IMG/VR virus record: IMGVR_UViG_3300033062_002302
Strand: one strand, 5' to 3'
Length of the DNA: 64,000 bases
Origin: a virus
Lineage: Duplodnaviria; Caudoviricetes
The notes under the pieces are model-generated. The model saw nothing but the letters and a program-made list of their open reading frames with translations, was not told where the DNA came from and did no database searches. The translations under genes and the position numbers were made by a program. Numbering within the stretch: the stretch's first letter is position 1; each line of letters begins with the position of its first letter. Shown here in pieces: positions 40,391-50,466 of the stretch.

Positions 40391-41193
40391 TGAAATTATC
40401 AACTCGCTCTCTCTTGCCAAGCCTTCTCCTTGATTTAAAAGGAGAAGATTGGCTTCATAAGCAAAGAGTCGCTGGCAAAGTTACTGCTGGAGCCTTATCT
40501 CTTCTTGAGCGCGAGGCTAAAAATTTAACTCAGCAATCTATGATTGAACTCTCTGCTCTGGCAGAAGAATACATTTTAGATCATAAATGTACTCCAACCT
40601 TTAAAAACTACAAAGGCTTTCCAGCCGCAGTTTGCATTTCAGTCAATAAAACTCTGGTTCATGGAATTCCAAATGATTATCGGTTACAAGATGGCGATAT
40701 TGTTAAATTCGATCTTGGAGCAACTTATGAACGAGCTATTGCTGATTCCGCGATTACTTGTATTTATGGGACCCCTAAATCAGAGCGAGACGTTAAGCTT
40801 CTATCCGCAGGGCAAGAATCCTTAATGAAAGGCATTGAAGCTGTTAAAATTGGCAATAGAATTGGGGCTATTGGTCAAGCTATTTATAAGTCAGTAAAAA
40901 ATAGCGGGTTTAATGTTGTTACCAATTATGGAGGACATTCTATTTCATGGGATAAGCCTCATGCTGGAATGTTTGTTCCTAATCGGTCATCTCAAGATGA
41001 GGGAGTTAGGATTCAACCAGGATTGACGATTGCAATTGAGCCGATGGTTCTTCCGTCTGCTGATACCTCTAGTGTTGTTTCAAAAGATGGCTGGAGTGTT
41101 TTAACCAAAGAGATTGGTTGTCATTGGGAACATACCCTTTATGTTCATGCTGATGGCAGTGTTGAAATTATGACATTGAGGGATAATGTTTAA
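40390..41193 (+). CDS. map: methionine aminopeptidase type I
   Basis: CISVN..VHGIP, D.G..AD, GGH, H, IEPM and HWEHT metal-ligand motifs. Confidence 0.93.
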   Translation: MKLSTRSLLPSLLLDLKGEDWLHKQRVAGKVTAGALSLLEREAKNLTQQSMIELSALAEEYILDHKCTPTFKNYKGFPAAVCISVNKTLVHGIPNDYRLQDGDIVKFDLGATYERAIADSAITCIYGTPKSERDVKLLSAGQESLMKGIEAVKIGNRIGAIGQAIYKSVKNSGFNVVTNYGGHSISWDKPHAGMFVPNRSSQDEGVRIQPGLTIAIEPMVLPSADTSSVVSKDGWSVLTKEIGCHWEHTLYVHADGSVEIMTLRDNV

Positions 41194-41503
41194 ATTTTTA
41201 AAAGATAAAGCAATTGCTCAATATGAGCAATATTACTTTAATTATGTTATTAAGAAACTTAATGACTTATTAAAAGTTGACAATGATTTTGCTCAAAAAA
41301 TGTTTAAGACTTATCATAAGGTAAATGATAATTTTATAGACAATTCTTCTTTTGTTGCGGATGCCGCTTCAAGAGAAGCTGGGATAGTTGGAATTTTGAA
41401 TGGCATATTGCCAGGCTCAGACAAATATCGAGTTTGTGTTATCAGCGATAGTAATAGCGGCAATGTCATTGAGTTTGTATTATATAATGTGCGAGGAAAA
41501 TAA
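41186..41503 (+). CDS. hypothetical protein
   Basis: Overlaps the map stop; contains GIVGILNG. Confidence 0.55.
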   Translation: MFKFLKDKAIAQYEQYYFNYVIKKLNDLLKVDNDFAQKMFKTYHKVNDNFIDNSSFVADAASREAGIVGILNGILPGSDKYRVCVISDSNSGNVIEFVLYNVRGK

Positions 41504-41682
41504 TGTTTATTTCAGAAATACAATGTCCGAAATTAGGTTCTATTTCTAAAAAATCCGAGACTTTTACTGAAAGCCTTAGTTTTCTAAATCGTTTAGTGGA
41601 GATTAATTCAAATTATACTCTTGCTCAAATTTATGATTTAGAAAGTAACAAAGTAGTTGTTTCATTGAGAGTGGTAAGATGA
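41503..41682 (+). CDS. small hypothetical protein (59 aa, not in ORF track)
   Basis: MFISEIQCPK..RVVR*; overlap-coupled at both ends. Confidence 0.55.
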   Translation: MFISEIQCPKLGSISKKSETFTESLSFLNRLVEINSNYTLAQIYDLESNKVVVSLRVVR

Positions 41683-41846
41683 AAATAGAATTTGAAGATA
41701 AATCATTTGTTCAAATAACTAAAAATTCAATGGGTAATATTGTTATTATGATTCAGGCTAAGGATCATGAAAATTCATTGAAGAAAATTAGCAATGCGGT
41801 TGAATTGAGTCCTGAAGAATTTAAAAGATTAATTGGCGATTTATGA
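41679..41846 (+). CDS. small hypothetical protein (55 aa, not in ORF track)
   Basis: MKIEFEDKSF..IGDL*; ATGA overlaps at both ends. Confidence 0.6.
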   Translation: MKIEFEDKSFVQITKNSMGNIVIMIQAKDHENSLKKISNAVELSPEEFKRLIGDL

Positions 41847-42169
41847 CTCTAGAAGAAGAATCTTATTCTAAAGAAGATTCGTTAAGAGCTTTGATTATTG
41901 AAGCTGGAGTTCCTTTATTCGAATGTTATTATAAAAATAATTATAAGGGATTTTATCGGGGAATTTATTTTGATTCAGATTCTGTAAAGATAGTTACTAT
42001 TTCTCCCAAACGCACAGGAGATAATCCAGATTATTTTATTAATATTCCTAAGACATTTGATTCTAAATACAATAGAGAGGTAGAGTATTTATTCTGTTTT
42101 TATAATTCTAATATAGATTTAGTTACAAAAGAATTAAAATCTTTTATTTTATTGAAAGAATTCATATGA
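41843..42169 (+). CDS. small protein with conserved C-terminal tag (..FILLKEFI)
   Basis: ATGA-coupled; tail similar to the next two genes. Confidence 0.65.
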   Translation: MTLEEESYSKEDSLRALIIEAGVPLFECYYKNNYKGFYRGIYFDSDSVKIVTISPKRTGDNPDYFINIPKTFDSKYNREVEYLFCFYNSNIDLVTKELKSFILLKEFI

Positions 42170-42429
42170 TGGATAATCTTTATAGTTCAGTAGAGGTCTT
42201 AATAGCCGGTCATAATTATGAGGTATTAAATACTTTTTTCGATCTAGCTTCCCAAGATTTGGGTGTCAGGTATTATTGTGATGAATTCCCGCGTAGATAT
42301 ATTTATTTATACGATATAAAATTTTCTTTTAGAACTCTTGATGACTATTTTTTTACTATTGATCGTTTTCATTTCGAATATATCTCAAAAGAACTTCCTA
42401 AATTTTTGACATTACAGGCTTTTTTATGA
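42166..42429 (+). CDS. small protein with conserved C-terminal tag (..FLTLQAFL)
   Basis: ATGA-coupled. Confidence 0.65.
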   Translation: MMDNLYSSVEVLIAGHNYEVLNTFFDLASQDLGVRYYCDEFPRRYIYLYDIKFSFRTLDDYFFTIDRFHFEYISKELPKFLTLQAFL

Positions 42430-42659
42430 CTATCTTCGATTTAATCGAGGAAAGTTCTTTGACATTATTTGCCATTTATGTCTTAAATAAATATAATTAT
42501 AAATTTAAACATGTGACGGATGTTAAGATTTCTAAGCATAATTATTATTTTTTTATAGAAATAGATTACGACAATGATTATGTATGGTTTTGTTTTTCTG
42601 AATTAAATGGTCTTAAAGAAGATTTTGAAAGCTTTCTTAAGCTAAGACAATTTCTATAG
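42426..42659 (+). CDS. small protein with conserved C-terminal tag (..FLKLRQFL)
   Basis: ATGA-coupled. Confidence 0.65.
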   Translation: MTIFDLIEESSLTLFAIYVLNKYNYKFKHVTDVKISKHNYYFFIEIDYDNDYVWFCFSELNGLKEDFESFLKLRQFL

Positions 42660-42712
42660 TATTTCATAAAATGCTGATCTATCAGTAGTTTGGCATTGCT
42701 ATAGGAAAACCT

Positions 42713-43816
42713 ATGGCAACACAATACCCGTCAAAAATAGATGATAATGCCTCGCTTCCGCAGGTAGTTGATACTGCTTCTATTTTTAGCGCTGATGTTT
42801 ATAATCGGCTTCGAAATGCCATTATTGCGATTGAAACGGAACTAGGCGTCAAACCCTCCGGAATTGATACGACCGTTAAACATCGGTTTGAGGTTTTGGA
42901 AGATGCCTTTGGAAATATTCAAATTATTGATCTTGCCGGAGATCTCGGAGGGTCTCACACTTCTCCGCAGGTTATTGGGCTCCGAGGGATCCCCATTTCT
43001 TCGACCGCTCCGACCTCAGGGCAGGTCCTTGCTTATAATGGCTCTGCCTGGACCCCTATCCCTCCCGACATCGCTTTAGGGGCGTTTCAGGCGGATGGAG
43101 ACCTATCAGGAAGCAATATCACTCAGACGGTCATTGGGCTTCAGAATCGCTCTGTTTCCGGAACTCTTCCTAATGACGGCTATATTTTGACTTGGTCTGA
43201 TATGAATAATGCTTGGGAACCTCAAGCAGCTCCAGTTGGGTTTTCTGCTGGTGGAGATTTAAGCGGAACAGAAAGCTCTCAAACTGTCATTAAGCTGCAA
43301 AATCGTTCGGTTTTATCAACAGCTCCTGATGATGGCTATATTTTGACTTGGTCTGATATGGATAATGCTTGGGGACCTGCTGCGCCTCCAGTTTCATTTA
43401 TAGCTGACACGGAATTGTCATTTGCTTCTGGATTAATATCAACTTCATCATCTACTTATATTAGAGTTGGAGCTAGAAGCTTAATGCTTCAAAATTATCC
43501 AGCAACAATTGGGTCTTTAACCAGAGTCATTACTTTTTATGCTTTTGTAGATAAAACTCCTGGAGCAACTTCAGTTGATATTAGGCTTTATGATACTGAA
43601 AATAATATAGAAATTGCTGGCACCGCCATGACTTCAAATGTTAATTATAATATTGATTTAAGTGTTACTGAGCCAACATTAGGTGTCGGATCAACCCCCG
43701 GACAATTAATAGATACTTCTGATTCTTATTATGAATTACAAATGAAAATGACTGGCGGTACCGTTAGTGATGCTGTCTTTTGCACCAATTCATATATAGT
43801 CATTAGATACGTATAA
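42713..43816 (+). CDS. fibre-like virion protein with three GDLxG repeats
   Basis: YP..ID N-terminus; AIIAIETELG trimer helix; repeats GDLSG..VI.LQ..P..G..L.W...W.P. Confidence 0.7.
   Translation: MATQYPSKIDDNASLPQVVDTASIFSADVYNRLRNAIIAIETELGVKPSGIDTTVKHRFEVLEDAFGNIQIIDLAGDLGGSHTSPQVIGLRGIPISSTAPTSGQVLAYNGSAWTPIPPDIALGAFQADGDLSGSNITQTVIGLQNRSVSGTLPNDGYILTWSDMNNAWEPQAAPVGFSAGGDLSGTESSQTVIKLQNRSVLSTAPDDGYILTWSDMDNAWGPAAPPVSFIADTELSFASGLISTSSSTYIRVGARSLMLQNYPATIGSLTRVITFYAFVDKTPGATSVDIRLYDTENNIEIAGTAMTSNVNYNIDLSVTEPTLGVGSTPGQLIDTSDSYYELQMKMTGGTVSDAVFCTNSYIVIRYV
43090..43400 (+). repeat. tandem 156-bp intragenic duplication
   Basis: GGCTATATTTTGACTTGGTCTGATATG is identical at 43178 and 43334. 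Confidence 0.8.
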
Positions 43817-43839
43817 TATGCATATTTTTTTATAAAGAT

Positions 43840-44811
43840 ATGGCATTGCCTACATTATCTAAAACCTGGCAACACTCGGTAAATAATACTATTTCTGCGA
43901 CTGGAACTTATTCGACCACCTGTCGCAATGCCATGTTTTCAATTAAAAATGCCTTAGTAACTTTTGCCACAAACCCTTGGACTGTTGTTAATTCTACGGC
44001 TGGAACTGGAGGGGCTCCTGCTGGAACAGATACTTGGCTTGCGAATACTAATTTAATTGGAAATACAGCTGGAAGCAATCATTCTTGGATTAGACTTAGG
44101 CAAACTGGAATTGCAACTAATTTTGAATTAGTTATTGATTGTACTAGTTCAAATTTTTCCCAAGGCACCATCGTTATTTCTCCTAGTGCAGGGTTTGTAA
44201 CTGGGGGAACAGCTACAAATCGCCCAACAGCTTCAGATGAAATAGTTTTAATAAGTAATTCGACTTGGATGTCTACCTCAACAGGCACTGATGCTAATAT
44301 TATTACGAATATTCAACAATCTACAGATGGTCAGTGTACTAGAGTTATTTGTTGCGCCGGAAACTCAACAACTGTTTTTTACATGTTTGATAAGCCAAAT
44401 GCAAGCGTTACGGGATGGACAAATCCTAGTGTTTCTGGAGCATTTGCTTCAGCCTCTGAAGGTAGCGTTATAACACAAACTACTTTAAGTGGCGCCTCCT
44501 ATTTCTTCAGAGGAAGAGGTTCGGGCACCTTTAACCTTACTTTTTGTTCAGAAGGAATAACTAGCTCTCTATTAACAACAGCGCTATCAAGCCTTAATGA
44601 TTTTGATTCGACTATTCCATTTTTTCCTATAGGAATTGCTTCGGTGACTGCATCCCACCGAGGAAGACACGGATCTATTTATGATATGTGGTATGGATTG
44701 GCGACTCCAGGCGTAACGGGAGATACTTTTCCAGCAGATTTAACTCGTACTTTCGCTCTATTTGGAGATGTCATTGTTCCTTGGAATGGAACAACGCCAG
44801 TAGTTGCCTAA
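43840..44811 (+). CDS. Thr/Ser/Gly-rich putative virion (fibre/decoration) protein
   Basis: Composition, RG..YDMW motif and G.VIVPW C-terminus; follows the fibre gene. Confidence 0.55.
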   Translation: MALPTLSKTWQHSVNNTISATGTYSTTCRNAMFSIKNALVTFATNPWTVVNSTAGTGGAPAGTDTWLANTNLIGNTAGSNHSWIRLRQTGIATNFELVIDCTSSNFSQGTIVISPSAGFVTGGTATNRPTASDEIVLISNSTWMSTSTGTDANIITNIQQSTDGQCTRVICCAGNSTTVFYMFDKPNASVTGWTNPSVSGAFASASEGSVITQTTLSGASYFFRGRGSGTFNLTFCSEGITSSLLTTALSSLNDFDSTIPFFPIGIASVTASHRGRHGSIYDMWYGLATPGVTGDTFPADLTRTFALFGDVIVPWNGTTPVVA

Positions 44812-45056
44812 TGGTTGCATTAGCCGGAAATTTAGCACCTAGAGTAGATGGTTATAGTGCCACTAAAACAAGGCTTTCTGTTTTTGATGTTATATTTATC
44901 GATCCCGCTCCGAGTATTCTTCATTATAAATTAGCTATGTTTGACGATTTAGATATTAGATATTTTTGGGTTGATACCGTTGTAACAACTATCAATGCTC
45001 CTACTCCAGCAGGAACTTATGATTATACAACTCTTACAGTTCAAGGTTCATATTGA
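44811..45056 (+). CDS. small putative virion protein (81 aa)
   Basis: Start moved to ATG 44811 (TAATG overlap); contains DGY. Confidence 0.55.
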   Translation: MVALAGNLAPRVDGYSATKTRLSVFDVIFIDPAPSILHYKLAMFDDLDIRYFWVDTVVTTINAPTPAGTYDYTTLTVQGSY

Positions 45057-45463
45057 AATATTTAAAAGAAATTATTAGGTTAGCAGACAAGTTCGCTCAA
45101 CAGATTGAGCAAAATGGAACGACTGAATTGTTTTTTGATTCGGCAGATAAGCAAAAGCTGTTTTCAGAAATTATACAAAATCCAGATGGTAAAGCTGCAA
45201 ACATTTTAAAAAAATATTATGAAACATCGGGACAACCAACTTCATTTTCATTAAAAATTAATGCTACTCCTAACGTTGGAGCAGAGTGGATATTACGAGT
45301 TAGTCCAGCCTCTTTAACTAAACAAGTTGAAGCGATAATTGATGCAGAATTTCAATCTTTTATGAAACAAAACCGTGCGGCAAGATTAAGCCAAGCTCAG
45401 GCAAAAGCTAAAGCTGGCTCCGGAGCCGGATTATTAAATGTTGGAAGTCTTGATTTAGAATAA
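45053..45463 (+). CDS. hypothetical protein
   Basis: TTG start overlapping the upstream TGA. Confidence 0.55.
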   Translation: MKYLKEIIRLADKFAQQIEQNGTTELFFDSADKQKLFSEIIQNPDGKAANILKKYYETSGQPTSFSLKINATPNVGAEWILRVSPASLTKQVEAIIDAEFQSFMKQNRAARLSQAQAKAKAGSGAGLLNVGSLDLE

Positions 45464-45479
45464 TAAAGGAGAATAAGAT

Positions 45480-46124
45480 ATGGCGTTTCAGGAATCAATT
45501 AATTTAGCCAAAAAATATTTTCCAAAATTAGAAATAAAATTTAAAAATGAATCATTAATAATGTTCATTATATCTAAAATATTATTTTTTAATAAAAATT
45601 TTATGACGGAGTTTATAACTACCCTAGGTCATACCATTTATTTTCCTCAAAAATCATTCATTACAAATCATCCAGTTTCTTCTTTAATTGTTTTATTACA
45701 CGAGTTAGTTCATATTTATGATTTAAATAAATACGGTATGTTATTTAATATCGGTTATTTGAGCCCGCAGATATTTGCTTTATTAGCTCCACTCGCATTA
45801 CTATTCAGTTGGAAATTAGCTCTTGTTTTACTATTATGTTTATTGCCTCTTCCATCTCCTTTTAGAATGTATTTTGAAAAACGAGCTTATATTGTTTCAT
45901 TGTATTCAATGAAAAAATTAAATGATAAATATAATTATAAAATTAATTTAGAAGACCAAAAACAATTCTTTGTTAAACATTTTAGTGATTCAACTTATTA
46001 TTTTATGTGGAAATTTTCTATTCTCAAAGATTTTGACCAGGCATTGGCTAAAATTAATGCTGGTGAAAAGCCGTTTGAAGACCCCATTTTTGAAATTTTA
46101 GATCAAATTATTTCCGAGAGTTAA
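45480..46124 (+). CDS. HExxH zinc-metallopeptidase-like membrane protein
   Basis: TTLGHTIY, LLHELVHI, a hydrophobic hairpin and distal E.RAY; SD AAGGAG. Confidence 0.7.
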   Translation: MAFQESINLAKKYFPKLEIKFKNESLIMFIISKILFFNKNFMTEFITTLGHTIYFPQKSFITNHPVSSLIVLLHELVHIYDLNKYGMLFNIGYLSPQIFALLAPLALLFSWKLALVLLLCLLPLPSPFRMYFEKRAYIVSLYSMKKLNDKYNYKINLEDQKQFFVKHFSDSTYYFMWKFSILKDFDQALAKINAGEKPFEDPIFEILDQIISES

Positions 46125-46184
46125 AAAATCCATGATATAATAATTGATACCGAACTAGGTATTAAGGATTATTCATGGGTTTTT
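46124..46184. promoter_or_regulatory. 60-nt imperfect inverted repeat containing a perfect extended -10 (TGaTATAAT, 46133-46141)
   Basis: AAAAATCCATGA/TCATGGGTTTTT outer stem; TTGATACC/GGTATTAA inner stem. Confidence 0.6.
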
Positions 46185-46202
46185 ACGTAAAGGTTTGTCT
46201 TA

Positions 46203-47420
46203 ATGTCAAGTGATATTGCAGATGTTGCCATTATTGGAGCTGGCGTCGCTGGAGCTATTGCCAGTTATCGATTAGCCAAAGAACATAAGAATTTAAAAGT
46301 TATTTTATTTGATATTGGCAGACCTCCTGCTAAAAGAAAGCGCCAGATTGATGGCTTTCTTGGTTGCCTTCCTAATAGCGATGGAAAGCTCTACATGACC
46401 GATGTAGAAAAGGTTTCTAACATCATCGGAAATCGAAAGGTTAAAGCGGCATTAAAAGGAGTTACGAATTTAATTGAAAATATTACTCCTTTTAAAATAA
46501 CGAAAGATAAATCCCCTTCTATTACGGTAGATAAAAAGCTAACTAAATTAGGCTATAATGTTCAGTTAAATGATTATTTTCAAATCTTTCCCAAAGAAAT
46601 ACACTTGCTTTCAAAACATTTAGCCAAGACAATGGAGGCTAATAAAAACTTTAAATATAGTTTTGATAACGAAATTGTTTCTGTTGCTAAACAAAAAGGT
46701 CATTTTGTCATTACTGGAGAACATGAAGAGTTTAAAGCAAAAAAGGTTATCATTTCAGTTGGTAGGTCTGGTTGGCGTTGGGCGCATAATCTTTATTCTA
46801 ATTTTGGGATTATAGAAAACAATGAAATGGCTAAGTATGGCATTAGAATTGAAATGCCAGCGCATTGTCTTCACGACTTTAATAAGTCTAATTGCGTCAT
46901 CTCTAAGCCCGGAGAATTAGAGATAGGACCATTATCTTGGTTTGGAACCATTATTCCAGAAGATCATTTAGATATGGCAATTTCTGCTTTTCGGTCAAAT
47001 GAAGACCGATGGAAGTCAGACAAGGTTTCATTCTCATTAATTGGAGATATTCCAACCAATAATGAAGGCGTTCAACAAACAGACCGAATGGGTAAATTAA
47101 CTTATATCATATCTAATGATCGTGTTTTAAAAGAGAAAGTTTCATTATTTTTATCTGGTAAGAGTAAGATTTCAATTATGAAAGAATATAATTTCTTGAT
47201 TGATAAAATTAAAGAATTATCATTAATTATGCCAGATATTATTACTAAAGGATATTTTCATGTTCCGACTCTAACGGCAATGGCTCCAAAAATTAATCTT
47301 GGAGACAATTTGGAAAGCGAAGTCCCAGGCATGTATGTTGCGGGAGAAAGCGCTGGAGTCTCGGGAATTTTAGCGGCAATGTTGATGGGTTGGAGCCTTG
47401 GAGGAGATATAGTAAAATGA
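46203..47420 (+). CDS. FAD-dependent oxidoreductase (uncharacterised flavoprotein family)
   Basis: IIGAGVAG, SDGKL, VGRSG and GMYVAGESAG..GI..A motifs. Confidence 0.8.
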   Translation: MSSDIADVAIIGAGVAGAIASYRLAKEHKNLKVILFDIGRPPAKRKRQIDGFLGCLPNSDGKLYMTDVEKVSNIIGNRKVKAALKGVTNLIENITPFKITKDKSPSITVDKKLTKLGYNVQLNDYFQIFPKEIHLLSKHLAKTMEANKNFKYSFDNEIVSVAKQKGHFVITGEHEEFKAKKVIISVGRSGWRWAHNLYSNFGIIENNEMAKYGIRIEMPAHCLHDFNKSNCVISKPGELEIGPLSWFGTIIPEDHLDMAISAFRSNEDRWKSDKVSFSLIGDIPTNNEGVQQTDRMGKLTYIISNDRVLKEKVSLFLSGKSKISIMKEYNFLIDKIKELSLIMPDIITKGYFHVPTLTAMAPKINLGDNLESEVPGMYVAGESAGVSGILAAMLMGWSLGGDIVK

Positions 47421-47764
47421 CAAAGTCTTACGATGAAGAGCGGGATACTGGAGGTGGAAGTAGTGGAATAAAGTTTGCTTTGAGCAAATATGAATATGAT
47501 TTATACCACGAAGAAGATGATGTTTCAAATCCTATTATAAGAATAAAAAGATTTGCTTTGCCTAATAAAAGCGAAAAATGGAAATTTTATGAAAATACTA
47601 AAGTAACGTTAGTTTTGGAAGGAACGAAGCTGACGGCGAAAGAAAAAGAATTCATTAGGACCGTTGATGGAATTAATTTTCTATTGCGCGGCTACAAAGA
47701 AGGGTTAAATTCCTTGAACGCATTCAAAAAGCGACTCAAAGAGGAATTAAAAAATAATTCCTAA
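47417..47764 (+). CDS. hypothetical protein
   Basis: Start moved to ATG 47417 (ATGA overlap, SD GAGGAG). Confidence 0.6.
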   Translation: MTKSYDEERDTGGGSSGIKFALSKYEYDLYHEEDDVSNPIIRIKRFALPNKSEKWKFYENTKVTLVLEGTKLTAKEKEFIRTVDGINFLLRGYKEGLNSLNAFKKRLKEELKNNS

Positions 47765-47773
47765 AAGGAATTT

Positions 47774-48358
47774 ATGGAATTTAGTTACTATGCCTTAGAT
47801 ACCGAAACGACCGGCTTCGATCCTATTGTCAATGATATTATAGAGTTATCTATTTATCGAAAAAGCGATGACTCCCAAAGAACTTGGTTTTTAAAACCGT
47901 CTAATGTTGATGGAATTGACCTAGGCGCATTAAAGGTCAATGGTCATAAATTAGAAGACCTTAAATGGGAAACTAAATATGGTCGTGAAACCTATATGCC
48001 TGCTGATAAGGCAATTATTGAAATTGAAAATTGGATTATGGAAGATTCCGTAACCTCAGAAGAAAGAGTCTTAGTCGGGCAACAAATTAGCTTTGATCGC
48101 AATTTTTGTTATTATCTATGGCAAAAATGTGGAAGTTCCGGGACTTTTCCTTTTGGACGAAAAATGATTGATACGATTCAAATCGAACTAGTTATGAGTT
48201 TAACTGGAATGTCAGACGCTGAAACATTTAGTCTTTCTAGTTTGATTAAACGTTATGGAATTAAAAATGAGAAAGCGCACTCTGCTTCTGCGGATACCAA
48301 GGCAACCAATTTATTGTTTGAAGCTCAATTAGAACGAATCCGCTCAAAATTAAAATGA
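47774..48358 (+). CDS. DEDDh 3'-5' exonuclease (DnaQ-like)
   Basis: DTETTG, SFDRNF, IDT and AHSASADT motifs. Confidence 0.9.
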   Translation: MEFSYYALDTETTGFDPIVNDIIELSIYRKSDDSQRTWFLKPSNVDGIDLGALKVNGHKLEDLKWETKYGRETYMPADKAIIEIENWIMEDSVTSEERVLVGQQISFDRNFCYYLWQKCGSSGTFPFGRKMIDTIQIELVMSLTGMSDAETFSLSSLIKRYGIKNEKAHSASADTKATNLLFEAQLERIRSKLK

Positions 48359-49290
48359 AGATTCTTTATGCGGCGACTTCTCGCAAAGGCGCCCAAGTTC
48401 AATTTTCTAGACTATTACCTTATTTAAACAATCACATTGTTAAGTTAGCCGGATACAATCGATCCTTTGATAATTATTATCTAGATTGGACTTTAGATGC
48501 CCTTCAAAATATTACGAAGCCAGACAAATTTAGTTATAGCAATGATAATTTAGAGCTATATTATAATCAAGTTAAAAAGTTTAAGCCTGATCTAATTATT
48601 AGTGATTTAGAATTATATACGTCTCATTTAGGGTTCCAAATTGGAGTCCCTGTTTGGCAAGTTAGCCCATTATTATTTTATTATGGAATTGATAAGCAAG
48701 AAAAGACCCATCTTTACAAAAAGTACCCGTATCTAATTGATAAGACAAGCATTACTCCGAGTTTAAAATATGTTTTAGCCAATTCAGATAAAAAATTAAT
48801 TTATTCTCATTTTAGCTGTCTTGATATCGAATTGCTTTCTGATTATAATTGGATTCAACCATATACTCCAGAAAGCAGATTGTCTATTCCGTGTCAACAT
48901 AATGTCTGTGCGACATCATTATCAAATAATAAAAAATATATTAATTATTTAAAAAGGCACGATGATGTTGTTTTGTTCTCTAATAATTTAGAGGAAAAGT
49001 ATGCGGATATTTTAATGAAAGACGTATATTCGACAAAAGAATACGGATGCAATTTAAAAAATTCAGAGATGGTTATAACAGAAGGGTATATGGACTTTAT
49101 CGCTGACGCATACTACGCAGGAAAATATGTTCATGTCAAACCCGATTTCAATGAGGTTGAAACGATCATTAATGGATTCTTTGTCGATAAATATCATATT
49201 GGAAAATGTATTTTCGATCAAAAGTTATTTGATAATGAATCTTTTGTAATAAAAAAAGATTTGAATCCTCATTTGGATAAATTAATATGA
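48355..49290 (+). CDS. divergent GT-B fold glycosyltransferase-like protein
   Basis: MKILYA, FKPDLIISDLE and VITEG..FIADAYYAGK motifs (MJ1255/GT28-like layout). Confidence 0.55.
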   Translation: MKILYAATSRKGAQVQFSRLLPYLNNHIVKLAGYNRSFDNYYLDWTLDALQNITKPDKFSYSNDNLELYYNQVKKFKPDLIISDLELYTSHLGFQIGVPVWQVSPLLFYYGIDKQEKTHLYKKYPYLIDKTSITPSLKYVLANSDKKLIYSHFSCLDIELLSDYNWIQPYTPESRLSIPCQHNVCATSLSNNKKYINYLKRHDDVVLFSNNLEEKYADILMKDVYSTKEYGCNLKNSEMVITEGYMDFIADAYYAGKYVHVKPDFNEVETIINGFFVDKYHIGKCIFDQKLFDNESFVIKKDLNPHLDKLI

Positions 49291-49901
49291 AATTAGCTTT
49301 AGATATTGGAAATGTAATGTGCGCCATTGATATGGATCAATTTGTTGAGCCATTATCTAGAGAAATTAATTTGTCTAAAGAAGATTGTTATCACTTCCTA
49401 TCTTGTACCCAAAAGCTTCAAGACTTAGGTTTATGTAATATCAAAGATGAAATAAGAACAAAATTTGGAATTAAATCCGAGTATGTCGTTCAAGACTTAG
49501 TTAAAGCTTGGAACAAAACATTAATCCCAAATTATAGCGTCATCAAATATCTATCTGTTTTAATTAAAGAGTTTGATTTAGATGTTGCGATTGTTTCTAA
49601 TATTGGTTATGAACATATTAATTGTTTAGACTTTATTTTTAAAGATTTTGAATTTTTTAAAAAAGCAATAAAATTCTATAGTTGCGAAGTTGGGGCTCGA
49701 AAGCCGACTTACAATTATTACCAAACATTTTTGACGATGCATCCAGAATTTAAGGGTGCGATTTATGTTGATGATTTAGAAGAGAACTTGAGAGTTGGAA
49801 AAGAGATGGGACTGAGAGATTTTCAATTAGACATATCGTCTAGCTCTGGGTCTGCACTTAAAAGATTAGATGAGCTAAAGAAATATTATGAGGAGTCTTA
49901 A
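49287..49901 (+). CDS. HAD-superfamily phosphatase (YihX-like)
   Basis: LDIGNV, VSN, SCEVGARKP and YVDDLEEN motifs. Confidence 0.85.
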   Translation: MKLALDIGNVMCAIDMDQFVEPLSREINLSKEDCYHFLSCTQKLQDLGLCNIKDEIRTKFGIKSEYVVQDLVKAWNKTLIPNYSVIKYLSVLIKEFDLDVAIVSNIGYEHINCLDFIFKDFEFFKKAIKFYSCEVGARKPTYNYYQTFLTMHPEFKGAIYVDDLEENLRVGKEMGLRDFQLDISSSSGSALKRLDELKKYYEES

Positions 49902-50395
49902 TGGAAAATAAAATGAGCGAGAATAGGTTTGTGACGGCTGGAAAAACGAAGGTCGTTGAAGGTTCAATTTTGAGTCCCGAGCTGGGAAATTTAAGGTTGG
50001 TTCTGGTTCCGATCAATGAAGCTGGTGTGACAGATACCGAAATGTATAATTTATTGAATAAAAAATGGCGCCAAGCCAAGGTTGATGCCAAAGGCTGGTA
50101 TTCAAATCATATTGATTTTAAGCTTGGGAACATTCAAACGACGGCGGTTCAAAGTGACACTTGGGTCGTTCATTGTCTCTTTGAAGATAAAGATCAAAAA
50201 GTGAATGCCAAAGCAATGGCTGGATGCTTGAAGAAGGTAGCGGCAATGGCAAAGTATGAGAAAGCTTCCGTTCATGTCTCTAACCTTATGGTGGAAAAGG
50301 TTAGTGGAATGAAGGAGTTGTTAGTCTCAGAAATGTTGGATAAGGGAACTTCAGTCTATTTTTATACTGAGGCTCCTCCGTCTACCCAAGAATAA
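49901..50395 (+). CDS. degenerate macro-domain (ADP-ribose-binding fold) protein
   Basis: VVEGSIL, LGNIQ..V..DTWV and CLKKVA..AK...ASVH motifs; lacks the PRIGCG glycine loop. Confidence 0.6.
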   Translation: MENKMSENRFVTAGKTKVVEGSILSPELGNLRLVLVPINEAGVTDTEMYNLLNKKWRQAKVDAKGWYSNHIDFKLGNIQTTAVQSDTWVVHCLFEDKDQKVNAKAMAGCLKKVAAMAKYEKASVHVSNLMVEKVSGMKELLVSEMLDKGTSVYFYTEAPPSTQE

Positions 50396-50414
50396 AACCT
50401 AATTATGGTTTTCG

Positions 50415-50455
50415 AATAGCATGCTGATCTCAAGGATTGGCATGCTATTTTTTTT
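50415..50455 (+). terminator. rho-independent terminator
   Basis: 15-bp stem AATAGCATGCTGATC/GATTGGCATGCTATT followed by a T tract. Confidence 0.85.
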
Positions 50456-50466
50456 ATATTTATTCA

